Program-made: the position numbers and the translations under genes
Shown here: positions 19,292 through 29,337 of the stretch, piece by piece
Layout: each line of letters begins with the position of its first letter
Numbering within the stretch: position 1 is the stretch's first letter
The notes under the pieces: generated by a model
Database searches by the model: none
Seen by the model: only the letters and a program-made list of their open reading frames with translations
Told to the model about the DNA's origin: nothing
Source of the DNA: an uncultured Acidobacteriota bacterium
GTDB lineage: Bacteria > Acidobacteriota > UBA6911 > RPQK01 > JAPXNP01
Reading direction: 5' to 3'
Length of the DNA: 64,000 bases
Assembly (NCBI GenBank): GCA_963777605.1
Contig: CAVZRV010000015.1
Location: forward strand, 96,001 to 160,000

Positions 19292-19502
19292 CGCAAAGAC
19301 CTCCAAAATTGAATTCAATCGCTACCTTCTGCAGAGCGAGAACTTAACGATAGGCCTCCGCAAGACGAACATCAAGGTTTGAGACATGCGCCAGGACCGG
19401 TTCTCACAATCACGCAAGTACCCAACCGCTCAGAGTCGTGTACTATTCAAATTCGTGGGTTTCCTCAATGGTTCGGTTCAGCAGTCTTCCAGAGGACGGG
19501 TA

Positions 19503-19754
19503 ATGGGACGGCGCTGGCTCTGGAGCCTGGCTGCCGCCTGGATTTTCGCGGCGCTGCTTGCTGCTTTCATGACCGGCTGGAACTGGTTGGATAATCCTTC
19601 CGAAATCTTTCACGGCCCCTCCGGCACCCATTGGACGTTCCTTTACGACACGTTCGAAAGCTGGTTTGTTCCAGTCTTCTTCTACTCGACACTCGTCCTT
19701 CTTGGGGCCAGGGCGGTCTGCTGGCTCCGGTCCCGGTTTCAACCGGGCCCGTAG
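19503..19754 (+). CDS. Small hypothetical membrane protein (two TM segments)
   Basis: Two hydrophobic segments flank NPSEIFH...THW.FLYDTFESWF; purine-rich RBS before ATG 19503. Confidence 0.5.
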   Translation: MGRRWLWSLAAAWIFAALLAAFMTGWNWLDNPSEIFHGPSGTHWTFLYDTFESWFVPVFFYSTLVLLGARAVCWLRSRFQPGP

Positions 19755-19862
19755 TTTCGGGAGTCATTCTGCGCACGAGGCTCGTCGTCCAGCATCAACA
19801 GTGTCATCGGATGCGTGACACGACACTGCGCATTTCGGCACTAATCCGCGTTCACTTCAGGG

Positions 19863-21788
19863 CTATTCCAGTTTGAAGGGGACTTCGATGTATCCTCCGC
19901 GGGTAGACAGGAGCTTCGCCTTGCCTTCTACCGGGTCGGTGCCATTTACGCGCACCTTGAACCGGACCGATTGCGATTGCCCCGGTTCGGTGTAGCCGGA
20001 ACGAATGGTCTTGTCGTAGGTAGACGGCTCTAGGATGGTCACAGTCGGGTTCGGCTTTTCCATTAGTGGCTTGTCGAACTCGAGCTCAACCCGATCTTCC
20101 TGAACGGCCTTGACCAGCTGCGCCTGCTTCAGCGCTACCGGCAGCTCGCCGGTATTCGTCCAGCGGATGCTGATTTCGTAGTCCCTTGAGCTCTCGGTCT
20201 TCTCCAGAGCACTCACGTCACAACCATCCAGGATTAACTGCGGGAGTTCCTTCGCCATGGCCAGGTTGAACAGGGCTTCACGGCGAATCCAGCTTTCGAG
20301 CTGCTCAGGAGGCCCATTCTGGGAGAAGAACTTGGGATGGAACCCACCGATCTCTACCTTGCCGAGCTCCGGATGTTCGAATGGCTCCCACTCCCGAAAT
20401 CCCCGACCACCGTTTTCCTGGTCGTCCCAGGCCAGGGAATCAACGTCGTCGTAGAGGCCGTCACCGTTGTAGTCACGGTGCCTTCCGCCGTTCCACAACT
20501 CATCTCCATACCAGATCGCGCCCAGGTAGAAGTAGCCAAAATCGGGTCCATGCCCGAAAAGTGGCGAAGGCCGGGCAGGGTCCCCCGTCACCGGGTTCTC
20601 CGGGAACCGGGTCATGTAGACATCGTACACGTCGCCGGCCCAGGGAAAGCCGGTGATCTCCTGTCCCATCCGGTCAAAATGCTTGTAGTAGGCAAGATCC
20701 TCCGGGAACATGCTTTCAGAACTCTTCGACGTCGAGGGGGGCCGCAGGTGCATCGGGACGCTCGTGTCCATCGAATTCACCACCGAAATGTTGGGATGGC
20801 TCAACATCCACAGCACTACCGTCCGGGTCTCCGGCTCACTCAACGGGAACTCGCCGGCCCCTGACTGGGTGTACCCCCGCTTCGTCAGGTCACCGCCCCG
20901 GTCGGGACGCCAATTCTCGGGGTAGTTGCGGTGCAGATCGAGGCCCCCGATCCCGTCTTCGTTGTAATCTCCGTCCCCGTCGTTGTCGATTCCCTCGGAG
21001 ATGACCATCCAGTCTCCCTCGCCTTCCGGCACCCGTTTCATAAGCCTTCGGCTCGGATCCCGGGGGTCGATAATGTATCTTCCCTTGTCCTTGCCGGGAC
21101 GCGCCTTCCATCGCAGCGAGTAGATGATCCCGTCGCCATCCAGGTCCTCCGGCGGATCCTCATCGAGCAGTCCGTCCCTATCGTTGTCGTGAGGGCGAAC
21201 CGTGCTCCGGTTCCGCTGAGCGGTGTGCAGGTAAAGGTTGGAACCGTCCGGGTTGTTGACCGGCCGGATGTAGATCGCCTTGGTGTCGATCAACCGGGTA
21301 ATCTCCTCGTCGGATCCATAGTTCTCGAGAAGGTAGTGCAGCAACCAGAGGGCCGACTCCGTCCCGGTCACCTCCCCGCTGTGGCGTCCTCCCTCAAAGT
21401 AGGCCGCGGGTTTGTCGGTGTCCTCCCCCCTGTCCCGGTTGGTCAAGGTAACCTGCACAATTGGACGCCCCTCAAAGCTCTTGCCCACCTCGTAAACCTG
21501 GAGAAGGTTTGGATACTTCTCGGCCCACCGGTTCAGCCAGGTGTAGATCACGTCAACGGTGTGATAGCGGTCGAAAGTCAGGCGGTCGCCCGCTTCGTAT
21601 TCCACTTCGGGAAACTTCTCCGAGCGGAAGAAGCTGACTCCGTGCCGTTCCCCGCCAACGGTGTACCACTCCGGCTTCTGCTCCTCACTTTGCGCACCCT
21701 CTTCATCCTGCAGCTTTCCGGCCACCGCAAACTGGGCCGCACTGCACAGAACTGCCAACAACATTCCCAACTTCATCCAGTTCATCAT
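19863..21788 (-). CDS. Secreted M14 family zinc carboxypeptidase
   Basis: Motifs GKSFEGR, HSGE, NPDG, DLHRNYP and PLSEPET; DxDxDG Ca-binding-like repeats. Confidence 0.85.
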   Translation of the reverse strand: MMNWMKLGMLLAVLCSAAQFAVAGKLQDEEGAQSEEQKPEWYTVGGERHGVSFFRSEKFPEVEYEAGDRLTFDRYHTVDVIYTWLNRWAEKYPNLLQVYEVGKSFEGRPIVQVTLTNRDRGEDTDKPAAYFEGGRHSGEVTGTESALWLLHYLLENYGSDEEITRLIDTKAIYIRPVNNPDGSNLYLHTAQRNRSTVRPHDNDRDGLLDEDPPEDLDGDGIIYSLRWKARPGKDKGRYIIDPRDPSRRLMKRVPEGEGDWMVISEGIDNDGDGDYNEDGIGGLDLHRNYPENWRPDRGGDLTKRGYTQSGAGEFPLSEPETRTVVLWMLSHPNISVVNSMDTSVPMHLRPPSTSKSSESMFPEDLAYYKHFDRMGQEITGFPWAGDVYDVYMTRFPENPVTGDPARPSPLFGHGPDFGYFYLGAIWYGDELWNGGRHRDYNGDGLYDDVDSLAWDDQENGGRGFREWEPFEHPELGKVEIGGFHPKFFSQNGPPEQLESWIRREALFNLAMAKELPQLILDGCDVSALEKTESSRDYEISIRWTNTGELPVALKQAQLVKAVQEDRVELEFDKPLMEKPNPTVTILEPSTYDKTIRSGYTEPGQSQSVRFKVRVNGTDPVEGKAKLLSTRGGYIEVPFKLE

Positions 21789-22050
21789 TCACTCGCCCCA
21801 TTTCAGGAACAACACGTGAAACAACCAACTTCCGATTCAACGTTCGGCGCCAACAGCTTAGCCCCTTTCCCTGCCAGGCACAAAACCACACGGCGCGCAA
21901 ACATGCCGCGCGGGGTTAATTTGTACCAGACTTAAGAGAAAAACCTTATTTGGAAGGTACTTACCTGAGGGATTGGTGCGTGTCACCGAATTTCCAACTC
22001 GGGCAGCAGCCTGTATGATGGCTGCGAACAGCGGAAGGAGAGCAGTCACG

Positions 22051-23469
22051 TTGAGCAGTATCTACTTCTGGACGGTCCTGGTTTACCTGCTGGTTCTCGT
22101 CTTTATCGGAGTTCGAACCAGCCGGGGAGTCTCCACCCAGGAGGATTTCTCGGTCGCCGGCCGCCGTCTCAACACCTTCGTACTATTCGGCACGATGCTG
22201 GCGACCTGGATCGGAACCGGCAGCATCTTCGGCAATGCCGAGAAAACTTACCAGGTCGGAATTTCCGCCTTTATCGTTCCCCTGGGTGCAATCGCCGGAA
22301 TCGGCATCCTTTATGCGCTGGCCGGGCGCGCCCGGGGACTGTGCGAGATCACGATCCAGGATCTGCTGGAGCGGAGATACAACTCGGCGGCGCGGGTATT
22401 CGGGGTCGTTGCGCTCGTGCTCGCCTACACCACCATCGTCTCCTACCAATTCCGGGCGGCAGGTGCCGTATTGAACCTGACCCTTCCCCAGGTCCCCTAC
22501 GAGGAGTCCGTACTCATTGTGGCCGCCTTCATTATCATCTACACGGCCCTGGCGGGAATGGTGTCGATCGCATACATCGGAGTCGTACAGGGAGTCACCA
22601 TGATCGCCGGAGTTATCCTGACCCTGCCCGTCTTCTTCTACAACGCCGGTGGCCTGGAAGGAATGCATCAAGTCCTCGACCCATCGAAATTTGAGATGTT
22701 CGGGCCGATCGGGTTCGTCGAGGGAGTCGGCCTGGTCCTTCCCGCCTTCCTGCTGGTACTCGGTGATGCCAACATGTACCAGCGGTTCTTTTCGGCCAAG
22801 AGCGAAGGGATCGCCCAGCGAGCGGTCCTCTGGACCCTGGGCGGGGTGACTTTCATGGAACTCTCCATCATCGTTACGGCCTGGGTTGCCAGTTCCCTGG
22901 AACCCGGGCTCGAGGTTCCAGGACGGGTGATCGCGTTCGCGGCCCGGGACCACCTCCCCGTGGCGCTCGGAGCCCTGATGCTGACGACGATTATGGCGAT
23001 CGTCCTTTCCACTGCGGGCAGCTACCTGCTGGCTCCGGCGACGGCTCTCGTCCGCGACATCTTCCAGCGCTTCATCAAGCCGGACGCGTCGCAGCGCAGC
23101 CTGGTGATCGCTCTCCGGGTGCTGGTGATCGTATTGGGAGTAGCCGCCTACTTTCTCTCGACTCTCTCCAACGAGTTCCTCTCCGTGGCACTCCTGGCCT
23201 ATACGATCTACGGGGCATCCATCACGCCGGCCCTGATCGCCAGTTTCTTGTGGAGAAGGGCAACCGGCAAGGGCGCCGTTGCCTCGATTATTCTCGGCAC
23301 CGTAACAACCCTGGCCTGGAAGGCCTGGGGAAGCCCGGTAATGGACCCGGTGATTCCCGCGATTGCGGCCTCGGTACTTGGCCTCATCCTGGTGTCGCTC
23401 GCGACCCGGCCCACTCCGGCAAGCCAGGTGGATCCCTTTTTCAGCTCCCCTGCGAAACCGGGGAGGTGA
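22051..23469 (+). CDS. Sodium:solute symporter family protein
   Basis: Motifs EDFSVAGR, ATWIGTGS, YTALAGM and YQRFFSAKS; GGAAGGAG RBS before TTG 22051. Confidence 0.9.
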   Translation: MSSIYFWTVLVYLLVLVFIGVRTSRGVSTQEDFSVAGRRLNTFVLFGTMLATWIGTGSIFGNAEKTYQVGISAFIVPLGAIAGIGILYALAGRARGLCEITIQDLLERRYNSAARVFGVVALVLAYTTIVSYQFRAAGAVLNLTLPQVPYEESVLIVAAFIIIYTALAGMVSIAYIGVVQGVTMIAGVILTLPVFFYNAGGLEGMHQVLDPSKFEMFGPIGFVEGVGLVLPAFLLVLGDANMYQRFFSAKSEGIAQRAVLWTLGGVTFMELSIIVTAWVASSLEPGLEVPGRVIAFAARDHLPVALGALMLTTIMAIVLSTAGSYLLAPATALVRDIFQRFIKPDASQRSLVIALRVLVIVLGVAAYFLSTLSNEFLSVALLAYTIYGASITPALIASFLWRRATGKGAVASIILGTVTTLAWKAWGSPVMDPVIPAIAASVLGLILVSLATRPTPASQVDPFFSSPAKPGR

Positions 23470-24433
23470 TCCCGGTCAACCGGTCGCCGACCGGCTGCCC
23501 CAAGCGCCGAGTCAACTCGGCATTCTCTTTGATCTCGTCGCGGAAGCGAGGGTACATGCCGACGATCACGCCGTCGGTCGGCTTGATGCGCTCGAACGCG
23601 TACTGAAACGCTGCTTCCACTCCCTTCGAAGAGAAGCCCGCCCGGCCCGCGGCCAGGATCTTGAACGCCAGGCAGGGACGGTCCACCTGGTTGATCACTT
23701 CAGTCATCCGTTCGGGATCAGCCTTGTAGAACGCTTTACCGATGGTGGTAACACCCGGGATCAGCTCGGGATGGTCGTTCAGCTTGGTCAGGTAGTGGAA
23801 ACAGGTCATGAAAAAGTCGTTTTCCCACCCCTCGTCGGCCATCCGCCGGATGTTGTCCGGGTTGTGGGCTGAAACCCCGGCGAGGAATCCACGGTCGTGG
23901 GCTTCCTTGACGTAGTCGTGCACGAGTTCCGGCTTCCCCTCGCGAAAGAGACGATCCGTTACCCCGCCATGATGAGAGAACGCGATGGGAGTGCAGGATC
24001 CACTGACCTCCTGGATCGTTCCGGCCTTGGATCCGACCGAGTGGAGGCAGATGAACTGCATTGGCGTGCCCGCCTCGCCGACCCGCCGAAGGACGTTATA
24101 CATCTTATCGGTGGGATCGAACTGGTGAGTGTTGATCCCTTCCGCCGAACAGCGATTGAGAAACTCCACCGTCCGGTCCTCGGTGAAGTACTCCTTCATG
24201 TGCTGGTCCATGTTCGGGCCAAGGTAGGAATAGCCGCCGATGGGATTCCAGCCTGCGATGAGCCGTGTCACGCGATGGGGACCCAGGTTGATCGTCGGCA
24301 GGGCCGGCTGCCCGCTCGGGACAATCGGGGCGGAACCCTCCCCGCGAGCCAACTCCGACGCCGCGACCGAAACCGCAACGCTACCGATAAATTGACGACG
24401 GCTGGGAAGATATGCTTTCGAATCCTTGGACAT
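23441..24433 (-). CDS. Conserved hypothetical TIM-barrel (aldo/keto reductase-like) protein with a Tat signal
   Basis: SRRQFIG twin-arginine motif; LPTINLG..VTRLIAG.NP, GVSAHNP and AFKILAAGR. Confidence 0.65.
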   Translation of the reverse strand: MSKDSKAYLPSRRQFIGSVAVSVAASELARGEGSAPIVPSGQPALPTINLGPHRVTRLIAGWNPIGGYSYLGPNMDQHMKEYFTEDRTVEFLNRCSAEGINTHQFDPTDKMYNVLRRVGEAGTPMQFICLHSVGSKAGTIQEVSGSCTPIAFSHHGGVTDRLFREGKPELVHDYVKEAHDRGFLAGVSAHNPDNIRRMADEGWENDFFMTCFHYLTKLNDHPELIPGVTTIGKAFYKADPERMTEVINQVDRPCLAFKILAAGRAGFSSKGVEAAFQYAFERIKPTDGVIVGMYPRFRDEIKENAELTRRLGQPVGDRLTGITSPVSQGS

Positions 24434-24627
24434 GGCCGAATCCTTCCACTGGGGTTGTTAACGGCTTCAGGTTAGCAGAACCGGGGGGAAGAGAGAAGAC
24501 AGTTGTCAAAGTGCGAAAAGTGAAGCGGAAGTGCGAAGTGTAGATCGTCAATGCCAAATGTTTTTTCTTCTCGGGTTTTTCGGTAAGCTCAGTGCTGGAC
24601 CCTTCAATCCCATCCAGGAGGCTTAAA

Positions 24628-25986
24628 ATGGCGTTCAAACCCCTTAATCGTCGTCAGTTCGTACTCGGCGCCGCGGCCGTTGGCGGCACCGCCCGGACTT
24701 TTGGAGGTGCGGCAAATTCAATCCGGAGCACCGGTCGAAGCGTGGCCGGGAAGCCGGCGATACTCGGAGGAAATCCCGTCCGCACGACTCCGTTTCCATC
24801 GTGGCCGGTGATCGACAAGACCGACGAGGAGTACTTTCTCGACGCGCTTCGCGCCCGCAAGTGGTGTCGCCTCGACGGGACGACGACCAGCCAGTTCGAG
24901 GAGAAGTGGGCAAAACTGTTGGGCGCTGGCCACTCGATTGGGGTGGTCAACGGAACGAACGCACTCTACGCTGCCTTGAACGCGCTCGATGTGGGGCCGG
25001 GAGACGAAGTCCTGGTTCCCGCCTACACATTCGTGGCCACCGTCAACGCGATCGTTCAGCAGTATGCCCTGCCGGTCTTCGTGGATACCGACGTCAGCAC
25101 CCAGGAGATGGACCCGGAGGACCTGGAGCACCGGGTCACCGAATCGACCAAGTGCATCATGCCGGTTCACCTGGGTGGCAACATGGCCGACATGGACCGG
25201 ATTCGAGCCGTGGCCAGGCGTCATGGCATTCCGGTCGTCGAAGATGCCTGCCAGGCCCACTTCGCTGAGTGGAAGGGCAATCGTGCAGGCTCACTGGGAG
25301 ACGTGGGCTGCTTCAGTTTTCAGGCCTCAAAGATTTTGCCTTGTGGTGAAGGGGGCGCGGTCGTGACCAGCCGGGAGGACCTCTATGACCGGCTCCACGC
25401 GTTTCAGAACAACGGCCGCGACCGGGTCAACGGGACCCGCAATGGTTACCAGCACCAGGGAACCAACCTGCGCATGACCGAGTACCAGGCGGCGCTTCTC
25501 CTCGCTCAACTGACCCGGTTTGAGGACCAGTGCAAGCTTCGCGATGAAAACGCCGGCTACCTGACGTCACTGCTCGCTGAAATCCCGGGCATCGAACCGG
25601 CTCGTCGCTATGACGGCTGCAGCCGGAACAGCTACTACATCTTCATGGCCCGATACCTCCCGGAAGGTTTTTCGGGACTTTCGCGGGAGAAATTCATGCA
25701 GGCTCTACGCAAGGAGGGCATTTCGTGCGGATCGGGCTACAAGCCCCTCAACAAGGAGCCTTTTCTGGCGAAGACGATTAACTCACGGTTTTATCGGCGT
25801 CTCTTCTCCGAAGAACGCCTGGCGGAATACTGGAAGAAGAACGAGTGTCCCGCCAACGACCAACTGAGTCGCGAAGGACTCTTCTTTTCCCAGACGTACC
25901 TCCTCGGAAGCCGCGGCGACATCGAGCAGATTGCCGAGGCAATCTCCAGAATTCAGGCCCATTCGAGTGAAATTGCCAGGCTTTGA
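24628..25986 (+). CDS. DegT/DnrJ/EryC1/StrS PLP-dependent sugar aminotransferase with a Tat-like signal
   Basis: Motifs NGTNAL, GDEVLVP.YTF.AT, PVHLGG, EDACQAH, FSFQASK and GEGG; N-terminal NRRQFVLG. Confidence 0.9.
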   Translation: MAFKPLNRRQFVLGAAAVGGTARTFGGAANSIRSTGRSVAGKPAILGGNPVRTTPFPSWPVIDKTDEEYFLDALRARKWCRLDGTTTSQFEEKWAKLLGAGHSIGVVNGTNALYAALNALDVGPGDEVLVPAYTFVATVNAIVQQYALPVFVDTDVSTQEMDPEDLEHRVTESTKCIMPVHLGGNMADMDRIRAVARRHGIPVVEDACQAHFAEWKGNRAGSLGDVGCFSFQASKILPCGEGGAVVTSREDLYDRLHAFQNNGRDRVNGTRNGYQHQGTNLRMTEYQAALLLAQLTRFEDQCKLRDENAGYLTSLLAEIPGIEPARRYDGCSRNSYYIFMARYLPEGFSGLSREKFMQALRKEGISCGSGYKPLNKEPFLAKTINSRFYRRLFSEERLAEYWKKNECPANDQLSREGLFFSQTYLLGSRGDIEQIAEAISRIQAHSSEIARL

Positions 25987-26108
25987 GAGGCGACGTGTCA
26001 CCTCGGGAGGGTACTGTTCGCCACCATGATCATGGAAGGTCTTCAGGCTGGATGCTGATTCGTTTGGGAGGCCGGCCCGGGAGGAACCGGTAAGGTGATC
26101 GTCGATCA

Positions 26109-27380
26109 ATGCGATGGATGACCAGGTTCAGACAAGACGTTGCCGGACGAATCCTCCTGGCCCTTTACCCGGGACTTTACTGGTCTGCCTGGCTCTGGCG
26201 ATCGCTCCTGAGCCGCACAACCTGCTTCATCGCCGTTACGGGAAGCTTCGGTAAGACGACCGTCAAAGAGTGCCTTTCCGGGATCCTTTCGACCCGCCAT
26301 CGGACTTTCAAATCCCATCGCACCCAGAACGCCACCACTCTGCTTGCACTCAACATTCTTCGAGTCCGCCCCTGGCACCGATTCGCGGTAATCGAGGCTG
26401 CAACGTCTCGACCCGGACAGATGAGCCCGGCGGCCCGACTGGTTCGCCCGGACATCGCGTTGATCACCGGCATTGGAGACGCCCACGCCACGAGTTATCG
26501 ATCCCTGGAGGACGTAGCCACTGAGAAAATGGAGCTGCTACGCTGGATTCGGCCGGGTGGTACAGCGATCGTCAACGGAGATGAGCCCTTGCTGGCGACT
26601 GCGTCCGATCGGGGCCAATTCCGGATTTTGCGTTTCGGGAAATGCCCGGAGTTCGACCAGAGCTGCTCCGGGATCCAGGCCGAGTGGCCCGGCAGGCTGG
26701 AACTGGTCGTGAACGAACCGGGAAGGTCATCCCTTCTGAAAACCCGACTCGTCGGGACGCACTGGGTCCCGAGCGTCCTTGCCACCATCCTTGCGGCAAG
26801 AACCTGCGGAATCAGCCTTGACGACTGTGTCCGGACGCTTGAGTCCGTCAAGCCATTTCCGGCACGCATGCAACCGGTACGCCTGCCCGGCGGTGCAATC
26901 GTTATCCGTGACGAGTACAACTCGGCAGGAGACTCCTACCGCCAGAGCTTCGCCTTCTTCGAGGAGGCGCGTGCCGTCCGAAAGATTGCCGTGATCAGCG
27001 ACTTCGACTCCCGGAGGAAGAGGAGGAGCCGGCTCCGCCAACTGGGAAGACAATCCACTGCGGTCGCCGACCTGCTGGTTTTCGTCGGAGAATCGTCCGA
27101 GCATTCCCGAAACGCCGCGGTTGCCATCGGGTTCGACCCATCCGCGGCATTCTGTTTCACGACCCCGCGAGACGCTGCAGCCTGGCTGGGAGCAAAGCTT
27201 GGCCCCGGCGACCTGGTCCTCCTCAAGGGCCGCTCCTGTGACCACCTCTCCCGACTGATCTTCGCCCAGGTCGGGGAGGTCAAATGCTGGAAGCCGACCT
27301 GTTCCAGACGTTATCTTTGCGACATTTGCTGGGAGCTCGGAATGTCGGACCGTGAAATGGGCCAAATCGAGTCACTGTGA
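26109..27380 (+). CDS. MurF-like Mur ligase family protein lacking the N-terminal domain, with a C-terminal Cys4 motif
   Basis: P-loop VTGSFGKTT near the N-terminus; RPDIALIT.IG.AH, NGDEP, DEYNS and DLVLLKG; tail CWKPTCSRRYLCDIC. Confidence 0.75.
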   Translation: MRWMTRFRQDVAGRILLALYPGLYWSAWLWRSLLSRTTCFIAVTGSFGKTTVKECLSGILSTRHRTFKSHRTQNATTLLALNILRVRPWHRFAVIEAATSRPGQMSPAARLVRPDIALITGIGDAHATSYRSLEDVATEKMELLRWIRPGGTAIVNGDEPLLATASDRGQFRILRFGKCPEFDQSCSGIQAEWPGRLELVVNEPGRSSLLKTRLVGTHWVPSVLATILAARTCGISLDDCVRTLESVKPFPARMQPVRLPGGAIVIRDEYNSAGDSYRQSFAFFEEARAVRKIAVISDFDSRRKRRSRLRQLGRQSTAVADLLVFVGESSEHSRNAAVAIGFDPSAAFCFTTPRDAAAWLGAKLGPGDLVLLKGRSCDHLSRLIFAQVGEVKCWKPTCSRRYLCDICWELGMSDREMGQIESL

Positions 27381-29270
27381 ACGATGAACTGGCGGAGCCA
27401 CAGTTCCAGGGAGAGGCATCGCCAGAGCGCGTCCAGCGTCCCCGACCTGACCGGTAAGAAGTCCGATCCGAGGCGCTTGAGCAGGCTACGAAGAGCGTTG
27501 CGGCGAACGATTCCCGAAGTCACGGCCTCGCCCGTCAACAGCAACCGACTGATTTCTCCCAGCGATTCGGGAGCGGTCAGGAAAGCGGCGAACGGAGTCG
27601 GCATTCCCTTCTTGTCCCGCCGCTCGATTACCGCGGGTGGAAGGTCCTGACTCATCGCCTGGCGAAGGATTCGCTTTGACCATCCCTCGGAAATCTTCCG
27701 ATCAAAATCGAGAGAGAAACAGAACTCGACCAGCCGATGGTCGAGCAGGGGCGGCCGGCATTCCAGGGAAAAGGCCATCCCCAGGGCATCCTGCTGGTGA
27801 AGCAGTTCGGGCAGTCCGGAGTGTCGGAAATCGATCCAGAGGGCATTGTTCAGGTGGCTTTCGAAGGGGCGCTCCACGTCCCGCCGAAGCCAGGTGTGCT
27901 GAAACTTGTGCGCTTCGACGTCGCGTTGACCCGCCGCGAAGTGCGGATCGACCAGGCCGCTTCGCCCGTGCCGGGGGTGGAGTCGAACGCGACGCACGAT
28001 TGGATCGGTGAGGCCCAGGAGCGTCTGAGGAAGCGATTGGCCGATTCCGAGGAGCTTTCGCACATCTCTGATTTCCTCCGGATTAGCCCAGTTCAACCAG
28101 CCTCTCTGTTTCCAGCGATCGACGAGCCAGGGCAGAACGAATCGGCTGTAGCCGCCCAGGAGTTCGTCGCCACCCTCCCCGGTCAACACCACCTTAACCC
28201 ATTGCCGGGCTTCCGCCATCAACGCCCAAAACGCGGTCCGTCCCCGAATCGGGACCGGGGCGTCATGGTGCCAGACAATTCGTCCGAGATCGCCCAGGAA
28301 ATCCTCCCGGCGGGGAGTCACCCAGTGAACCCGATAGTGCTCCGGATCATCGGCGACCAGGCGAACAAAGGCACTCTCATCGATCTTCGGAAAGTCGTCG
28401 TATCGCAGTGAAAAACAGTGCAGCGGTCCGCTCCCGCGCCGGACTGCGATGCGGGTAACCGAACTGGAATCGAGACCACCACTCAGGCAGACGCCAACCG
28501 GCACGTCACTTCGCATTCGAAGGCGGACGGAATCCTCCAACAGGAACCGCAACTGATCTGCCGCCTCGTTGCCGTCAACTCCCCGACCCGGATCGATTCT
28601 CCAGTACGGGACCGGCTCGGCCATTCCGGAAGCGGTAACGACCATGAACGTTGCCGGCGGCAGGCTGCGAATGTTCCTGAAGAAGGTTTTGCCATCGCCG
28701 TCGGGATTTCCTCCGGCCAGGTGGCTGAACACCTCTGATTCGCACATCACCGCTTCTTCCGGGAAATTCACGAGAATCGCCTTCACCTCGGAAGCGAAGG
28801 TGAAGCGGGCTACCCGCGAAAGAGTAAAAGAGGGGCTTGATTCCGAACCGGTCGCGGCTGAGAACGAGTTCGCGGAGGAAATCGTCCCAAATGGCTACCG
28901 CCCACATGCCGTTGAATCGAGCAAAACAAGATGTTCCCCACCGCCGATACGCCGTGAGGAGGACCTCGGAATCCGACTCCGTCGCGAAGGTTTCCCCGAG
29001 CTGCTTCAGCTCACTCCTCAGTTCCAGGTAGTTGTGGATCTCTCCGTTGAAAAGGAGCCGGTACCTGCCGTCCGGACTCGGCATGGGCTGGGACGCCCGG
29101 GGGCTCAGATCAACAATCGCAAGTCTCCGGTGTGCGAACCCGATGCAACTGTCCAGCCAGATCGACTCCCCGTCCGGCCCGCGATGAGCGAGGATTTCGT
29201 TGGCCCGCTGAAGCTGCCTTCGCTGGACCGGGCGGCCGTCGAGGAACCAGATCCCGGAAATTCCACACAT
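27311..29270 (-). pseudogene. asnB: Asparagine synthetase B-like glutamine amidotransferase interrupted by a +1 frameshift (possible sequencing error)
   Basis: One frame holds MCGISG, HRGPD, HRRLAIVDL, NGEIHN and RDRFGIKPL. A second holds SDVPVGVCLSGGLDSS, LTGEGGDE and KKGMPTP. Removing one G from GGG 28807-28809 joins them as SRFTFASEVKAIL. Confidence 0.85.
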
Positions 29271-29337
29271 TTGGAATGGAGTCTCCTTTGCGACGGATTC
29301 TAGAGGCTGGGATGAGGCTCGGTCAACCCAACCCAAT

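Noticed and set aside
21789-22050. Possible riboswitch upstream of the SSS transporter
   Set aside because: I could not recognise conserved riboswitch motifs; the region looks like an AT-richer divergent promoter. An Rfam scan would settle it.
26109-27380. Canonical peptidoglycan murF
   Set aside because: It lacks the N-terminal domain, has an extra Cys-rich tail and is outside any dcw cluster, so the gene symbol is withheld.
28575-29336. Programmed ribosomal frameshift, or a genuine two-gene split of asnB
   Set aside because: There is no slippery heptamer or convincing internal start. A one-base deletion in a short homopolymer restores a normal gene, and a second similar indel occurs at 39017-39020.
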